A stretch of DNA of 37,501 nucleotides, from assembly GCA_030044475.1 (NCBI GenBank), contig JASHVP010000086.1:1-37501 (forward strand), in the 5' to 3' direction. Below, piece by piece: positions 1 through 7,202 of the stretch (position 1 is the first letter of the stretch; each line of letters starts with the position of its first letter). The notes below the pieces were generated by a model. The model was not told the origin of the DNA. It searched no databases and saw nothing but the letters and a program-made list of their open reading frames with translations. A program made the position numbers and the translations under genes. Origin of the DNA: Thermoplasmata archaeon (GTDB lineage: Archaea > Thermoplasmatota > Thermoplasmata > Lutacidiplasmatales > UBA184).

Positions 1-23
1 ACTTGATGGCGCGGACCGCCCGC

Positions 24-1091
24 CTATCCCGCCGACCGGGCCGTGGCGAGCCGCTGGGCGTACTTCTTGTAGACCTCGGTCGCCCGCGCGACCGCCTCGA
101 CCTTGACGTACTCGTTCGCCTGGTGGGACAATTCCTCCTCCCCGGCCCCGAAGATCACCACCCGCGAGTTCACCTGCGTGTAGTGGACCGCCTCCGAGGC
201 GTGGACGAGGACCGTCGTCTCCGCTTGGGCGACGTCGCGCAACAGGCGGACGTGCTCCGCGTTCGGGTCGATCTGGACCGCCGGCATCGTGAGGATGCGG
301 CGGAGCGTGAACGGGGTCTTGATCCGCCGCAGGTGCTCCTCGATCTCGTGGTACAGTTGGTCCGGCGTGTACGGGGGTGGGAACCGGATGTCGACCTCCG
401 CGGTGCATTTGTTCGGCACGACGTTGAGCCGGGTGCCGCCGTTGAACGTCCCGATGTTCAACGTCACGGTGCCGAGCTCCGGATGCGCGATGCGGCCCTT
501 GAACGACTCGAGGCCCCGGAGGATCCGCATCATCTTCCCGCTGGCGTTCTCGCCGAGGTGGGGCATCGCCCCGTGCGCGGCCTTCCCCCGCGTCTCGATC
601 GCGAGGTCGAGGACCCCCTTCTCGGCGTGGGCGACCCGCAGGCCGGTCGGCTCACCGACCACCACCGCCTTCGCCCGACGGAGGGGGAGCGTCTTCGCGA
701 GGGCCATCGCTCCCTGCATCGAGGTCTCCTCGTCGGTCGTGAACGCGAGCACGACCGGGATCTTCCGGGCGACCAGGTCCTGCGCCGCCTCGAGCATCGC
801 GATGACGGTCCCCTTCATGTCGGCGGCCCCGCGGCCGTACATGCGCCCCGACGCGAGCTGGCTCTGGGAGAAGCTCCAGTAGTCCCCGACCGGCGGCGTG
901 TCGAGGTGCCCGGAGAGCACGACCCCGCCCTGGCCGAACTCGGCGAGGAGGGCGGGTGCCGACGGATCCCCGAACAGCGTGTTGCGCATGTGGATCTGGT
1001 CGGTGAACGACTGGACGTAATCGAGGACTTCCTGCTTGTCGGAGAAGGGGTCGCTCGGGATCTTGATCAGCTCCGCGAGCATATCGACCAT
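24..1091 (-). CDS. M20-family metallopeptidase (ArgE/DapE/acetylornithine deacetylase-like)
   Basis: These are the last 355 codons of track ORF 24..3416, beginning MVDMLAELIKIPSDP. M20 metal-site motifs are visible (GHLDTPP, GRGAADMKG, TTDEETS). The ATG is at 1089-1091; in-frame GTG (1103) and TTG (1163) are alternative starts. The rest of the 1130-aa ORF is off-frame read-through of neighbouring genes. Confidence 0.85.
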   Translation of the reverse strand: MVDMLAELIKIPSDPFSDKQEVLDYVQSFTDQIHMRNTLFGDPSAPALLAEFGQGGVVLSGHLDTPPVGDYWSFSQSQLASGRMYGRGAADMKGTVIAMLEAAQDLVARKIPVVLAFTTDEETSMQGAMALAKTLPLRRAKAVVVGEPTGLRVAHAEKGVLDLAIETRGKAAHGAMPHLGENASGKMMRILRGLESFKGRIAHPELGTVTLNIGTFNGGTRLNVVPNKCTAEVDIRFPPPYTPDQLYHEIEEHLRRIKTPFTLRRILTMPAVQIDPNAEHVRLLRDVAQAETTVLVHASEAVHYTQVNSRVVIFGAGEEELSHQANEYVKVEAVARATEVYKKYAQRLATARSAG

Positions 1092-1180
1092 CTGGCGCTT
1101 CACCGGGGACCAACCACCTCGTTGCTCGGCGCCCAGCTGGCGAGACCGAACTTTCCCCTCCAAGGGCCGGGCGGGTATAA

Positions 1181-2065
1181 TCATTCGCGCCGGGCGCAGC
1201 GCCGGCGCGCGAGGTGGCGGGTCCGCGCGAGCGCGCGGGCGAACCCGTCCGGAGAACCGACGGAGCGCCACTCCTCCGGCCGCTCCAGGACGAGGGCCGC
1301 GACGCGGCCGCCCGCGGCGAGCAGTTCTCGGATCCCATCCGTCAGTTCCAACTCCCGGGGTCGAAGGCGTCGCCGGTACCGTTCGAGGGCCGGGTAGAGC
1401 GACGGAGCGAACGCGTAGACGGCGGTCGCGGCCCAGTGGGTCTTCGGGCGGTCCGGTTTCTCGACCATCCCGGTGACCGTCAGTCGACGGCGCCCGCCGA
1501 CCCGAGGTGCGGCGGCGCCCTCCACGACCCCGTATCGTCGGGGGTCCGCCACGCGGCGCACGAGCAGCACGGCGTCGAGGGCGTCCCGCTCGAGAAGTCG
1601 GGCCATCGCCCGGGGGAGCGTGCCGGGATGGGGCTCCAGGAGCACCGCATCCCCGGCGTGCACCAGGAACGTCCGGCTCCCGGTGAAGGGACGCGCCCGG
1701 AGGACCGCGTCGCCGAAGCCGTCCGGACGGGGTTGGACCGCGAACGAGATCCGCAGCTCGCGGAGCGTCGCGTAGAACCGCTCGGTCTCCGCCAGCCGCT
1801 CGGCGTGGTGGCGGTGCCGGGCGAGGAATCCGGGATCGATGGAGAAGTAGTGCCGGACGAACGCGAGGTCCTTCGGCTGGACCACCACCGTGAGCCGACG
1901 CGCCCCGGACCGGGCGAGGGACTCGACCACGAAGTGGGCGACGGGCTTCAGCACCGGCTCCCCCCGGTCTCCTCGGTCGTACAGCGGAAGGAACTCCTTC
2001 CGAAGTCCCCGGGTCCACGGGAGCATCCGGGTCCCCTCGCCCGCGAGGGTGAGGACGGCGTCCAT
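1181..2065 (-). CDS. Sugar-1-phosphate nucleotidyltransferase, UTP--glucose-1-phosphate uridylyltransferase-like (Agl4-like)
   Basis: 294 aa with an ATG start. The N-terminal LAGEGTRMLPWTRGLRKEFLPL matches the GxGTRxLP...KExLP nucleotidyltransferase signature. It starts 6 nt after the stop of the upstream agl3-like gene, so an operon is likely. Confidence 0.8.
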   Translation of the reverse strand: MDAVLTLAGEGTRMLPWTRGLRKEFLPLYDRGDRGEPVLKPVAHFVVESLARSGARRLTVVVQPKDLAFVRHYFSIDPGFLARHRHHAERLAETERFYATLRELRISFAVQPRPDGFGDAVLRARPFTGSRTFLVHAGDAVLLEPHPGTLPRAMARLLERDALDAVLLVRRVADPRRYGVVEGAAAPRVGGRRRLTVTGMVEKPDRPKTHWAATAVYAFAPSLYPALERYRRRLRPRELELTDGIRELLAAGGRVAALVLERPEEWRSVGSPDGFARALARTRHLARRRCARRE

Positions 2066-2071
2066 CGGGGG

Positions 2072-3331
2072 TCAGACCGTGGGGTCGACGGACGACGGCG
2101 GCGACGCCGCGGTCGGGGGGGGCGCGCTCGGCCCCGGGAACGACGGGAGCCGGGCGGCGATCGCCGGTTTGCTGTCGGCGACCCGCCAGTTGACCGTCGG
2201 GAGGACCACATGGCGGCGGGCCTCGAGCCGGCGCCGGAATCGGATCACGTCCCGGAAGATCTGTCGGATGCCGTCGTCGAGCGTCCGCTGGGCCCGGTAG
2301 CCGAGCGCCGGCAGGTGCTCGTGGATCGGCTGGTAGTAGTGCTGCTCCGCCTCGACCCGCGGGTCCGGGGGGTGGTCGATCGTCGGATGGAGGCGGTACT
2401 CGGCCGCGATCCGGACGGTCGCCTCGGCGAGCTGGTTGACCGAGTAGGCGGCGTCGAACTGGTTGAACACCCGGTACTGCCCGGGCTCGGCGGGATGCTC
2501 CACCGCGAGCCGGAGCGACTGCATCGAGTCCTCGAGCGCGATGAACCCCCGGGTCTGCCCTCCCTGACCGTAGACCGTGAGCGGGAGGCCGAGCACCGCC
2601 TGCACGATGAACCGGTTCAGCGCGGTCCCCCAGGTCTCGTCGAAATCGAATCGGGTGAGGAGCTTGTCGTGGGTGATCTCGGGCGTGCGGGTCCCGTAGA
2701 TCACGCCTTGCATCACATCGGTCGTCCGCAGCTTCCAGATCCGGGTCGCGAACATCACGTCGCCGGAGTCGAACACCTTGCTCCAGTGGTACCACGACCC
2801 CGCCTGGCGCGGGAACGGCAGGGTGTCCCGGCGACCGCGGTACTCGACCTCGAAGAACCCTTCGGGGATGTCGACCCCCGGAGTGCCGTACTCTCCCATC
2901 GTCCCCATCTTCACGAGGTGGGCGTCCGGAACGACCTCGCGCATCGCGTAGAGGAGATGGAGCGTGCCGGTCAGGTTGTCGACCTGGGTCGCGACCGCGT
3001 GATGGACGTCGATCATCGAGTACGGGGCACTCCGCTGTTCGGCGAGGTGCACGATCGCGTCCGGTCGCTCGGTGGCGAGCACCCCGCGCACGAACTCGTA
3101 GTCCGCGAGGTCCCCCTTGTGGAACCCGAGCTCCTTCCGGAGCAGGTCGTGGACCGCCTGCTGTCGCTTCGGGAACGGGAGGATGGGGGTCCCCGACCAG
3201 CTCCCGACCTCCTTGACCCGGCGGCGCGTCACGAAGTTGTCGACACCGACGACGTCGTGCCCGCGCCCGAGCAGGTGCAGGGCGAGCGGCCATCCGGAGT
3301 AGCCATCGATGCCCGTGATCAGGACCTTCAT
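2072..3331 (-). CDS. agl3: UDP-sulfoquinovose synthase (SQD1/SqdB/Agl3-family short-chain dehydrogenase)
   Basis: 419 aa from the ATG at 3329-3331 (MKVLITGIDGYSGWP, a Rossmann GxxGxxG). The block GTMGEYGTPGVDIPEGFFEVEYRGRRDTLPFPRQAGSWYHWSKVFDSGDVMFATRIWKLRTTDVMQGVIYG aligns by eye with the SQD1-specific region of plant SQD1, recalled from memory. The upstream part of the 720-aa track ORF is not coding in this frame. Confidence 0.8.
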   Translation of the reverse strand: MKVLITGIDGYSGWPLALHLLGRGHDVVGVDNFVTRRRVKEVGSWSGTPILPFPKRQQAVHDLLRKELGFHKGDLADYEFVRGVLATERPDAIVHLAEQRSAPYSMIDVHHAVATQVDNLTGTLHLLYAMREVVPDAHLVKMGTMGEYGTPGVDIPEGFFEVEYRGRRDTLPFPRQAGSWYHWSKVFDSGDVMFATRIWKLRTTDVMQGVIYGTRTPEITHDKLLTRFDFDETWGTALNRFIVQAVLGLPLTVYGQGGQTRGFIALEDSMQSLRLAVEHPAEPGQYRVFNQFDAAYSVNQLAEATVRIAAEYRLHPTIDHPPDPRVEAEQHYYQPIHEHLPALGYRAQRTLDDGIRQIFRDVIRFRRRLEARRHVVLPTVNWRVADSKPAIAARLPSFPGPSAPPPTAASPPSSVDPTV

Positions 3332-3359
3332 CGGGGCGCCGCGAATCCATGCCGGGGTC

Positions 3360-3420
3360 CGCCCATAAACGTTGCCGCGGGCGTGGTTCCTCGCCGGCCC
3401 CGGACCAAACGGCCATAAGT
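3360..3420. promoter_or_regulatory. Divergent promoter region with two TATA-like boxes
   Basis: TTTAT on the - strand (3365-3369) lies 34 nt upstream of the agl3 ATG (3331). ATAAG (3415-3419) lies 33 nt upstream of the PAC2 ATG (3452). These are the only A/T-rich spots in a 120-nt GC-rich spacer. The spacing fits archaeal TATA boxes with short or absent leaders. Confidence 0.3.
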
Positions 3421-3451
3421 GCGAGGACGGTAGAGAGAGCGAACGGCGCCC

Positions 3452-4231
3452 ATGGTCGAGGTCTCCGACGTCCGGATCGTCGACACGCGCGACGAGTCGC
3501 TCAAGGGGGCGATGATGGTCGTCGGATTCCCGACGCACGGGCTCGTGGGTTCGGTGGCGGCGTCCTACCTCGTCCACTCCCTCGACATGACGCTGGTCGC
3601 GTACATGATCAGCGAGGAGTTCCCGCCGACCGTGATCATGGAGGAAGGGGTGGTCAGCGCCCCGGTCCGGTTCTACGCGAGCAAGCTCGTCTGCGGGGTC
3701 GACCGCTCGTGCGACCAGCTGGTCGTCGTCATCGCCGATATCCAGCCCCCGGTCGGGATGTTGAACCGGCTCGGGCAGGTGCTGCTCGATTGGGCGGAAG
3801 CGCGCGGCATCCAGCTCGTGGTCGCGATCGAGGGGCAGCCGATCGAGAGCGAGGTCCGGGGCGACGCCCGGGTCGTGGCGATGGCGAACCGGGCCGCGGC
3901 GCCGCTGCTCGAGAAGTACACGTTCCAGGCGGCCAATGGGGTCGTGACGGGCCTGGCGGGCGGGATCCTCCTCGGGGCGATCGGCCGGACCACGCCCGTG
4001 CTCTGCCTCGTCGCCCAGGCCCACAAGGACTACCCCGACGCCCGGGCCGCGGCGAAGGTGATCGAGACCGTCAACCCCCTCGTTCCCCTGCTCGTGCTCG
4101 ACACGAAGCCGCTGCGCGAGAAGGCCCGCCAGATCGAGGCGGAGGTGCGCAAGACCTTGCAGCAGACCCGGGAGTCGATGTCCGCGATCCGGACGGCGGA
4201 AGCCGAAGGGCCAGGTGAGATGTATCGCTGA
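3452..4231 (+). CDS. PAC2-family proteasome assembly chaperone (archaeal PbaA/PbaB-like)
   Basis: 259 aa. MMVVGFPTHGLVGSVAASYLV resembles the PAC2/DUF75 N-terminal signature. The C-terminus ...GEMYR ends in a hydrophobic-Tyr-X (HbYX) tripeptide, the motif used by 20S proteasome alpha-ring binders. Confidence 0.75.
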   Translation: MVEVSDVRIVDTRDESLKGAMMVVGFPTHGLVGSVAASYLVHSLDMTLVAYMISEEFPPTVIMEEGVVSAPVRFYASKLVCGVDRSCDQLVVVIADIQPPVGMLNRLGQVLLDWAEARGIQLVVAIEGQPIESEVRGDARVVAMANRAAAPLLEKYTFQAANGVVTGLAGGILLGAIGRTTPVLCLVAQAHKDYPDARAAAKVIETVNPLVPLLVLDTKPLREKARQIEAEVRKTLQQTRESMSAIRTAEAEGPGEMYR

Positions 4232-4280
4232 CACCGCGCTCGGGCCGACCCCGGGTCCGAAGCTCCCGGCCGCGCCGCCG

Positions 4281-4718
4281 GTGTCGCTGCGCGGCTACCG
4301 TCCGTCCGACATGCCGTTCGTGGCCGCGATCGTCGCCGAGGCGCTCCACGAACACTACGAGCCGTCCCTCTACAGTTCCCTCTCCGCCGAGTGGCCGGAC
4401 GGGTTCCTCCTCGCGGCGGATGCCCGGGACGTCCCGGTCGGGTTCCTTCTCGGGGTCAACCAGGTCGAGCGGGAGGCGCGCGTGCTCATGTTCGCCGTCG
4501 ACCGGAACCTGCGCACGCATGGCGTCGGAGCCCTGCTCATGGATGCCTTCCTCGACCGGTGCCGGCAACGAGGGTACCGCCGGGCGACGCTCGAGGTGCG
4601 GGTGTCGAACGCGACGGCGATCCGGTTCTACACGCGCTACCAGTTCTCGGTGATCGACCTTCTGCGCTCGTACTATTCGGACGGCGAGAACGGGTACCAG
4701 ATGGCCCGTGACCTCTGA
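4281..4718 (+). CDS. GNAT N-acetyltransferase, RimI/archaeal Nat-like
   Basis: The acetyl-CoA binding block is RNLRTHGVGALLMDAFLDRCRQRGYRRATLEVRVSNATAIRFYTRYQF (the Q/RxxGxG/A motif). Two in-frame GTG starts exist, at 4215 (17-nt overlap with the PAC2 gene) and 4281. I list 4281 because it gives a typical ~145-aa RimI size. Confidence 0.75.
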   Translation: MSLRGYRPSDMPFVAAIVAEALHEHYEPSLYSSLSAEWPDGFLLAADARDVPVGFLLGVNQVEREARVLMFAVDRNLRTHGVGALLMDAFLDRCRQRGYRRATLEVRVSNATAIRFYTRYQFSVIDLLRSYYSDGENGYQMARDL

Positions 4719-4765
4719 CCCGGTCCTCCGCAGTCGCTAAAACCTCCTCCTCAGGTGCCCCGTCG

Positions 4766-6010
4766 ATGCCTGCCGCGTGGCCGTCCGCCGCCGATTTGAT
4801 GACGTCGCGTCCGGTGACGCTCCCGCACGACGCGCCGATCTCCCGGGCGCTCGGCCTGATGCGCACGCACGGGTTCCACGAGATCCCGGTCCTGCGCCGC
4901 TCGCGGCTCGTCGGTCTGCTCACGATCGAGTCGATCGCGCGCCGGGTCTCGCGCGCGCTGACGACCAAGGTTGAGCACCTGCTCATCCTTCCGCCGATGA
5001 TCGTCCCGACGGCGACGCTCCCGGAGGTCGCCGAGCAGCTGCTCGCGACCGGGCTGCGCGCCGCGCCGGTCGTCGGACGCCGGGGCGAGCTGCTCGGCAT
5101 CGTCAGCCGGACCGACCTCGTCCGGGCGTTGCCGGACCTCCCGCAGGTCGCGGGACCGAACACGCCTCCGGTCGAGACGATCGCCGGTCCCGCGGCCCAC
5201 ATCGTGCGCGAGGACGACCTGTGCCGCAAGCTGGTCGCGCAGATCCGGAGCCTGGAGGAGCACCCGTTCCCGGTCGTCGATCGGCGGGGGCGGCTCGTCG
5301 GGGCCGTCGGCGTGAAGGACCTCGGCGGGGTCCTCTGGCGTCCCACGACCCCGGGGAAGCGGGACGCGAAAGCGACCCGATCCGCCCTGGACGTCGAGGT
5401 CGCATCGATCATGCACTCCCCGGCCCTGACCGTCCCGGCGGGTACCAGCGCCGCCGAGGCGGCGCGCCGGATGTCGGAGGAGAACGTCTCGAGCGTGTTC
5501 GTCGTGGAGGACGGACGGCCGACCCGGGTCCTCGGCCAGGCCGACCTGCTCGGCCTCGTCGTGGGCCGGTCCCGCCCGGCGAAGGGGCGCGCCCGGGTGG
5601 AGGACGTCTACGTCGAGATCACCGGCCTGCGCGGGTCGGGGGACCCCGCGTTGCTCGCGGAGATCGACCACCTGGTCGCGCGGGGCCTCCGGCGGGTCGC
5701 GCGGTACGTCCGCCCGACGTTCTTCTCCCTCCACGTGGCCCCCCACGCCACCCATCGGACCAACGACCTGACCGTCGAGGCCCGCCTTCACACCGACTCG
5801 GGGATCTACTACGCGTCGCACACCGGCTGGAACCTGCTCGCCGGGGTCTCGGGCCTGCTGGACGAGCTCACCGCGCAGACGATGCGGTCCCGGGAGGCGA
5901 GCCGGGACCGCGGCCGACGGTCCCGGCGGACCCGCGAGGCGGACGAGACGGAGCCGGTCGACCCCGACCTCGAGGAACGGATCCGCGTCGCCACCGGCGC
6001 GGACGAGTGA
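4766..6010 (+). CDS. Four-CBS-domain (two Bateman modules) protein with a C-terminal RaiA/HPF-like domain and a basic/acidic tail
   Basis: 414 aa with an ATG start. Four CBS repeats are recognisable (..MTSRPVTLPHDAPI..; ..MIVPTATLPEV..; ..HIVREDDLCRKL..; ..IMHSPALTVPAGTS..). The C-terminal ~95 aa (VYVEITGLRGSGDPALLAEIDHLVARGLRRVARYV...LTVEARLHTDSGIYYASHTGWNLLAGVSGLLDELTAQ) follow the beta-alpha-beta-beta-beta-alpha pattern of RaiA/YfiA by eye. Confidence 0.8.
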   Translation: MPAAWPSAADLMTSRPVTLPHDAPISRALGLMRTHGFHEIPVLRRSRLVGLLTIESIARRVSRALTTKVEHLLILPPMIVPTATLPEVAEQLLATGLRAAPVVGRRGELLGIVSRTDLVRALPDLPQVAGPNTPPVETIAGPAAHIVREDDLCRKLVAQIRSLEEHPFPVVDRRGRLVGAVGVKDLGGVLWRPTTPGKRDAKATRSALDVEVASIMHSPALTVPAGTSAAEAARRMSEENVSSVFVVEDGRPTRVLGQADLLGLVVGRSRPAKGRARVEDVYVEITGLRGSGDPALLAEIDHLVARGLRRVARYVRPTFFSLHVAPHATHRTNDLTVEARLHTDSGIYYASHTGWNLLAGVSGLLDELTAQTMRSREASRDRGRRSRRTREADETEPVDPDLEERIRVATGADE

Positions 6011-6018
6011 GGCCGACG

Positions 6019-6405
6019 ATGCTCCCCGGGGGCCCGCGGAACCAACGCCAGATGGAGCAGATGATGCGCCGGCTCGGCATGTCGAGCGAGGCGCTGCCGG
6101 GGGTCGAGGAGGTCGTGATCCGGACGCCGACGAAGGAGCACGTGTTCCGCGCCCCGGAGGTCACCGTCCTGACCATCCAGGGAGTCCGGACGTACCAGGT
6201 CGTGGGCACCCCCGAGGTCCGGCCCCGCGGCGCGGGCCCGTCGGCGTCGGCCCCCGCCGCCCCGACCGGTCCGCCGGACGAGGACGTCCGCCTGGTCATG
6301 GAGCAAGCGAACGTCGCGCGCGAGGAAGCGGTGGAGGCCCTGGCCGCCGCGCACGGGGAGCCGGCCGAGGCGATCCTCCAGATCCTGACCCGACGGGGGA
6401 GCTGA
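6019..6405 (+). CDS. nac: Nascent polypeptide-associated complex protein (archaeal NAC, NAC domain + UBA domain)
   Basis: 128 aa. MLPGGPRNQRQMEQMMRRLGM is the typical archaeal NAC N-terminus, followed by a NAC beta-barrel (EEVVIRTPTKEHVFRAPEVTVLTIQGVRTYQV). The C-terminal UBA is DEDVRLVMEQANVAREEAVEALAAAHGEPAEAI. An SD-like GTGAGG (6007-6012) precedes the ATG. Confidence 0.9.
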   Translation: MLPGGPRNQRQMEQMMRRLGMSSEALPGVEEVVIRTPTKEHVFRAPEVTVLTIQGVRTYQVVGTPEVRPRGAGPSASAPAAPTGPPDEDVRLVMEQANVAREEAVEALAAAHGEPAEAILQILTRRGS

Positions 6406-6482
6406 CCCCGCGCGGGGTCCGGGGCGCCCGGGCCGGACGGTCCTCCTAATCTGCCCGGGTGGTCCTTTCGACGGCGACATCC

Positions 6483-7172
6483 ATGCCCGACGCGTGTCCG
6501 GATTGCGGCGCCGAGGTCGCCTTCGAGGTCCGAGCCGCCCAGGTCCGAACCGGCACCTGCGCGGCGTGCCACCACGCCTTCGCGATCGTCGGCAGCTCGG
6601 AGGAGTTCGTTCCGGAGGGCGGTCTCGCGCCGCCGCGGGCGGAGTCCGCTCCCGCCCCGTCCGGCGGACCGGAGTGCGAGGAGTGCGGCGGACCGTTGGT
6701 CATCCGGTCGACGCTCGACGGTGGTCTGGAGGCGACCTGCTCGACCTGCGAGACCCGGGCGGTCTTCGTTCCGGCCGAGGCCGTCGCGCGAGCCCCCGCG
6801 AACGACCGACGCCCGCCCCGGGGCCCGCGACCGGACCGCCCCGGGTCGCCGTACGGCCGCCCGGCGCGCCCGTGCCGCGAGTGCGGCGGCCCACTCCGGT
6901 TTTCCACGGATCCCGAGGGTCGGGTGGTGGGCGAGTGCGGTTCCTGCGGGAACCGATTCGTCCTTCCGCCCCGGCGGGAGGAGAGTCCCCGCGGACCGCC
7001 CCGATTCGTCTCCCGACCCGGCGGCGGCTACGCGACTCGCTATCCGCGGGACCGGCCGCGGACCGCCGGGGGGCCCCGCCGCGGCCGTCCGCGGTACGAC
7101 CGCCGGAGCGGCGAGGACGACGAGGACGACGACCGGCGCGAGCGCCGTCGCCCCCGCCGCCGCGAGTACTGA
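6483..7172 (+). CDS. Uncharacterised protein with three tandem zinc-ribbon modules and an Arg/Gly/Pro-rich, then acidic, tail
   Basis: There are three CxxC...CxxC units: CPDC..CAAC, CEEC..CSTC and CREC..CGSC, each followed by a xFxxVP strand. Third-position GC is very high in this frame. ATG 6483 is preferred over the upstream in-frame GTG 6459 because a TAAT box at 6447-6450 lies 33 nt upstream. Confidence 0.6.
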   Translation: MPDACPDCGAEVAFEVRAAQVRTGTCAACHHAFAIVGSSEEFVPEGGLAPPRAESAPAPSGGPECEECGGPLVIRSTLDGGLEATCSTCETRAVFVPAEAVARAPANDRRPPRGPRPDRPGSPYGRPARPCRECGGPLRFSTDPEGRVVGECGSCGNRFVLPPRREESPRGPPRFVSRPGGGYATRYPRDRPRTAGGPRRGRPRYDRRSGEDDEDDDRRERRRPRRREY

Positions 7173-7202
7173 TCGACCAACGGCCCCCAGTCGGAGCGAC
7201 CG

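Noticed and set aside
24-3416. A 1130-aa reverse-strand ORF spanning three genes, and the 464-aa forward ORF 3..1397 antisense to it
   Set aside because: Only the last 355 codons look like a real protein (M20 peptidase). The remainder is Arg/Pro/Gly-rich low-complexity sequence produced by reading other genes (UGPase, agl3) out of frame in ~70% GC DNA. The forward ORF is antisense to the peptidase and equally low-complexity.
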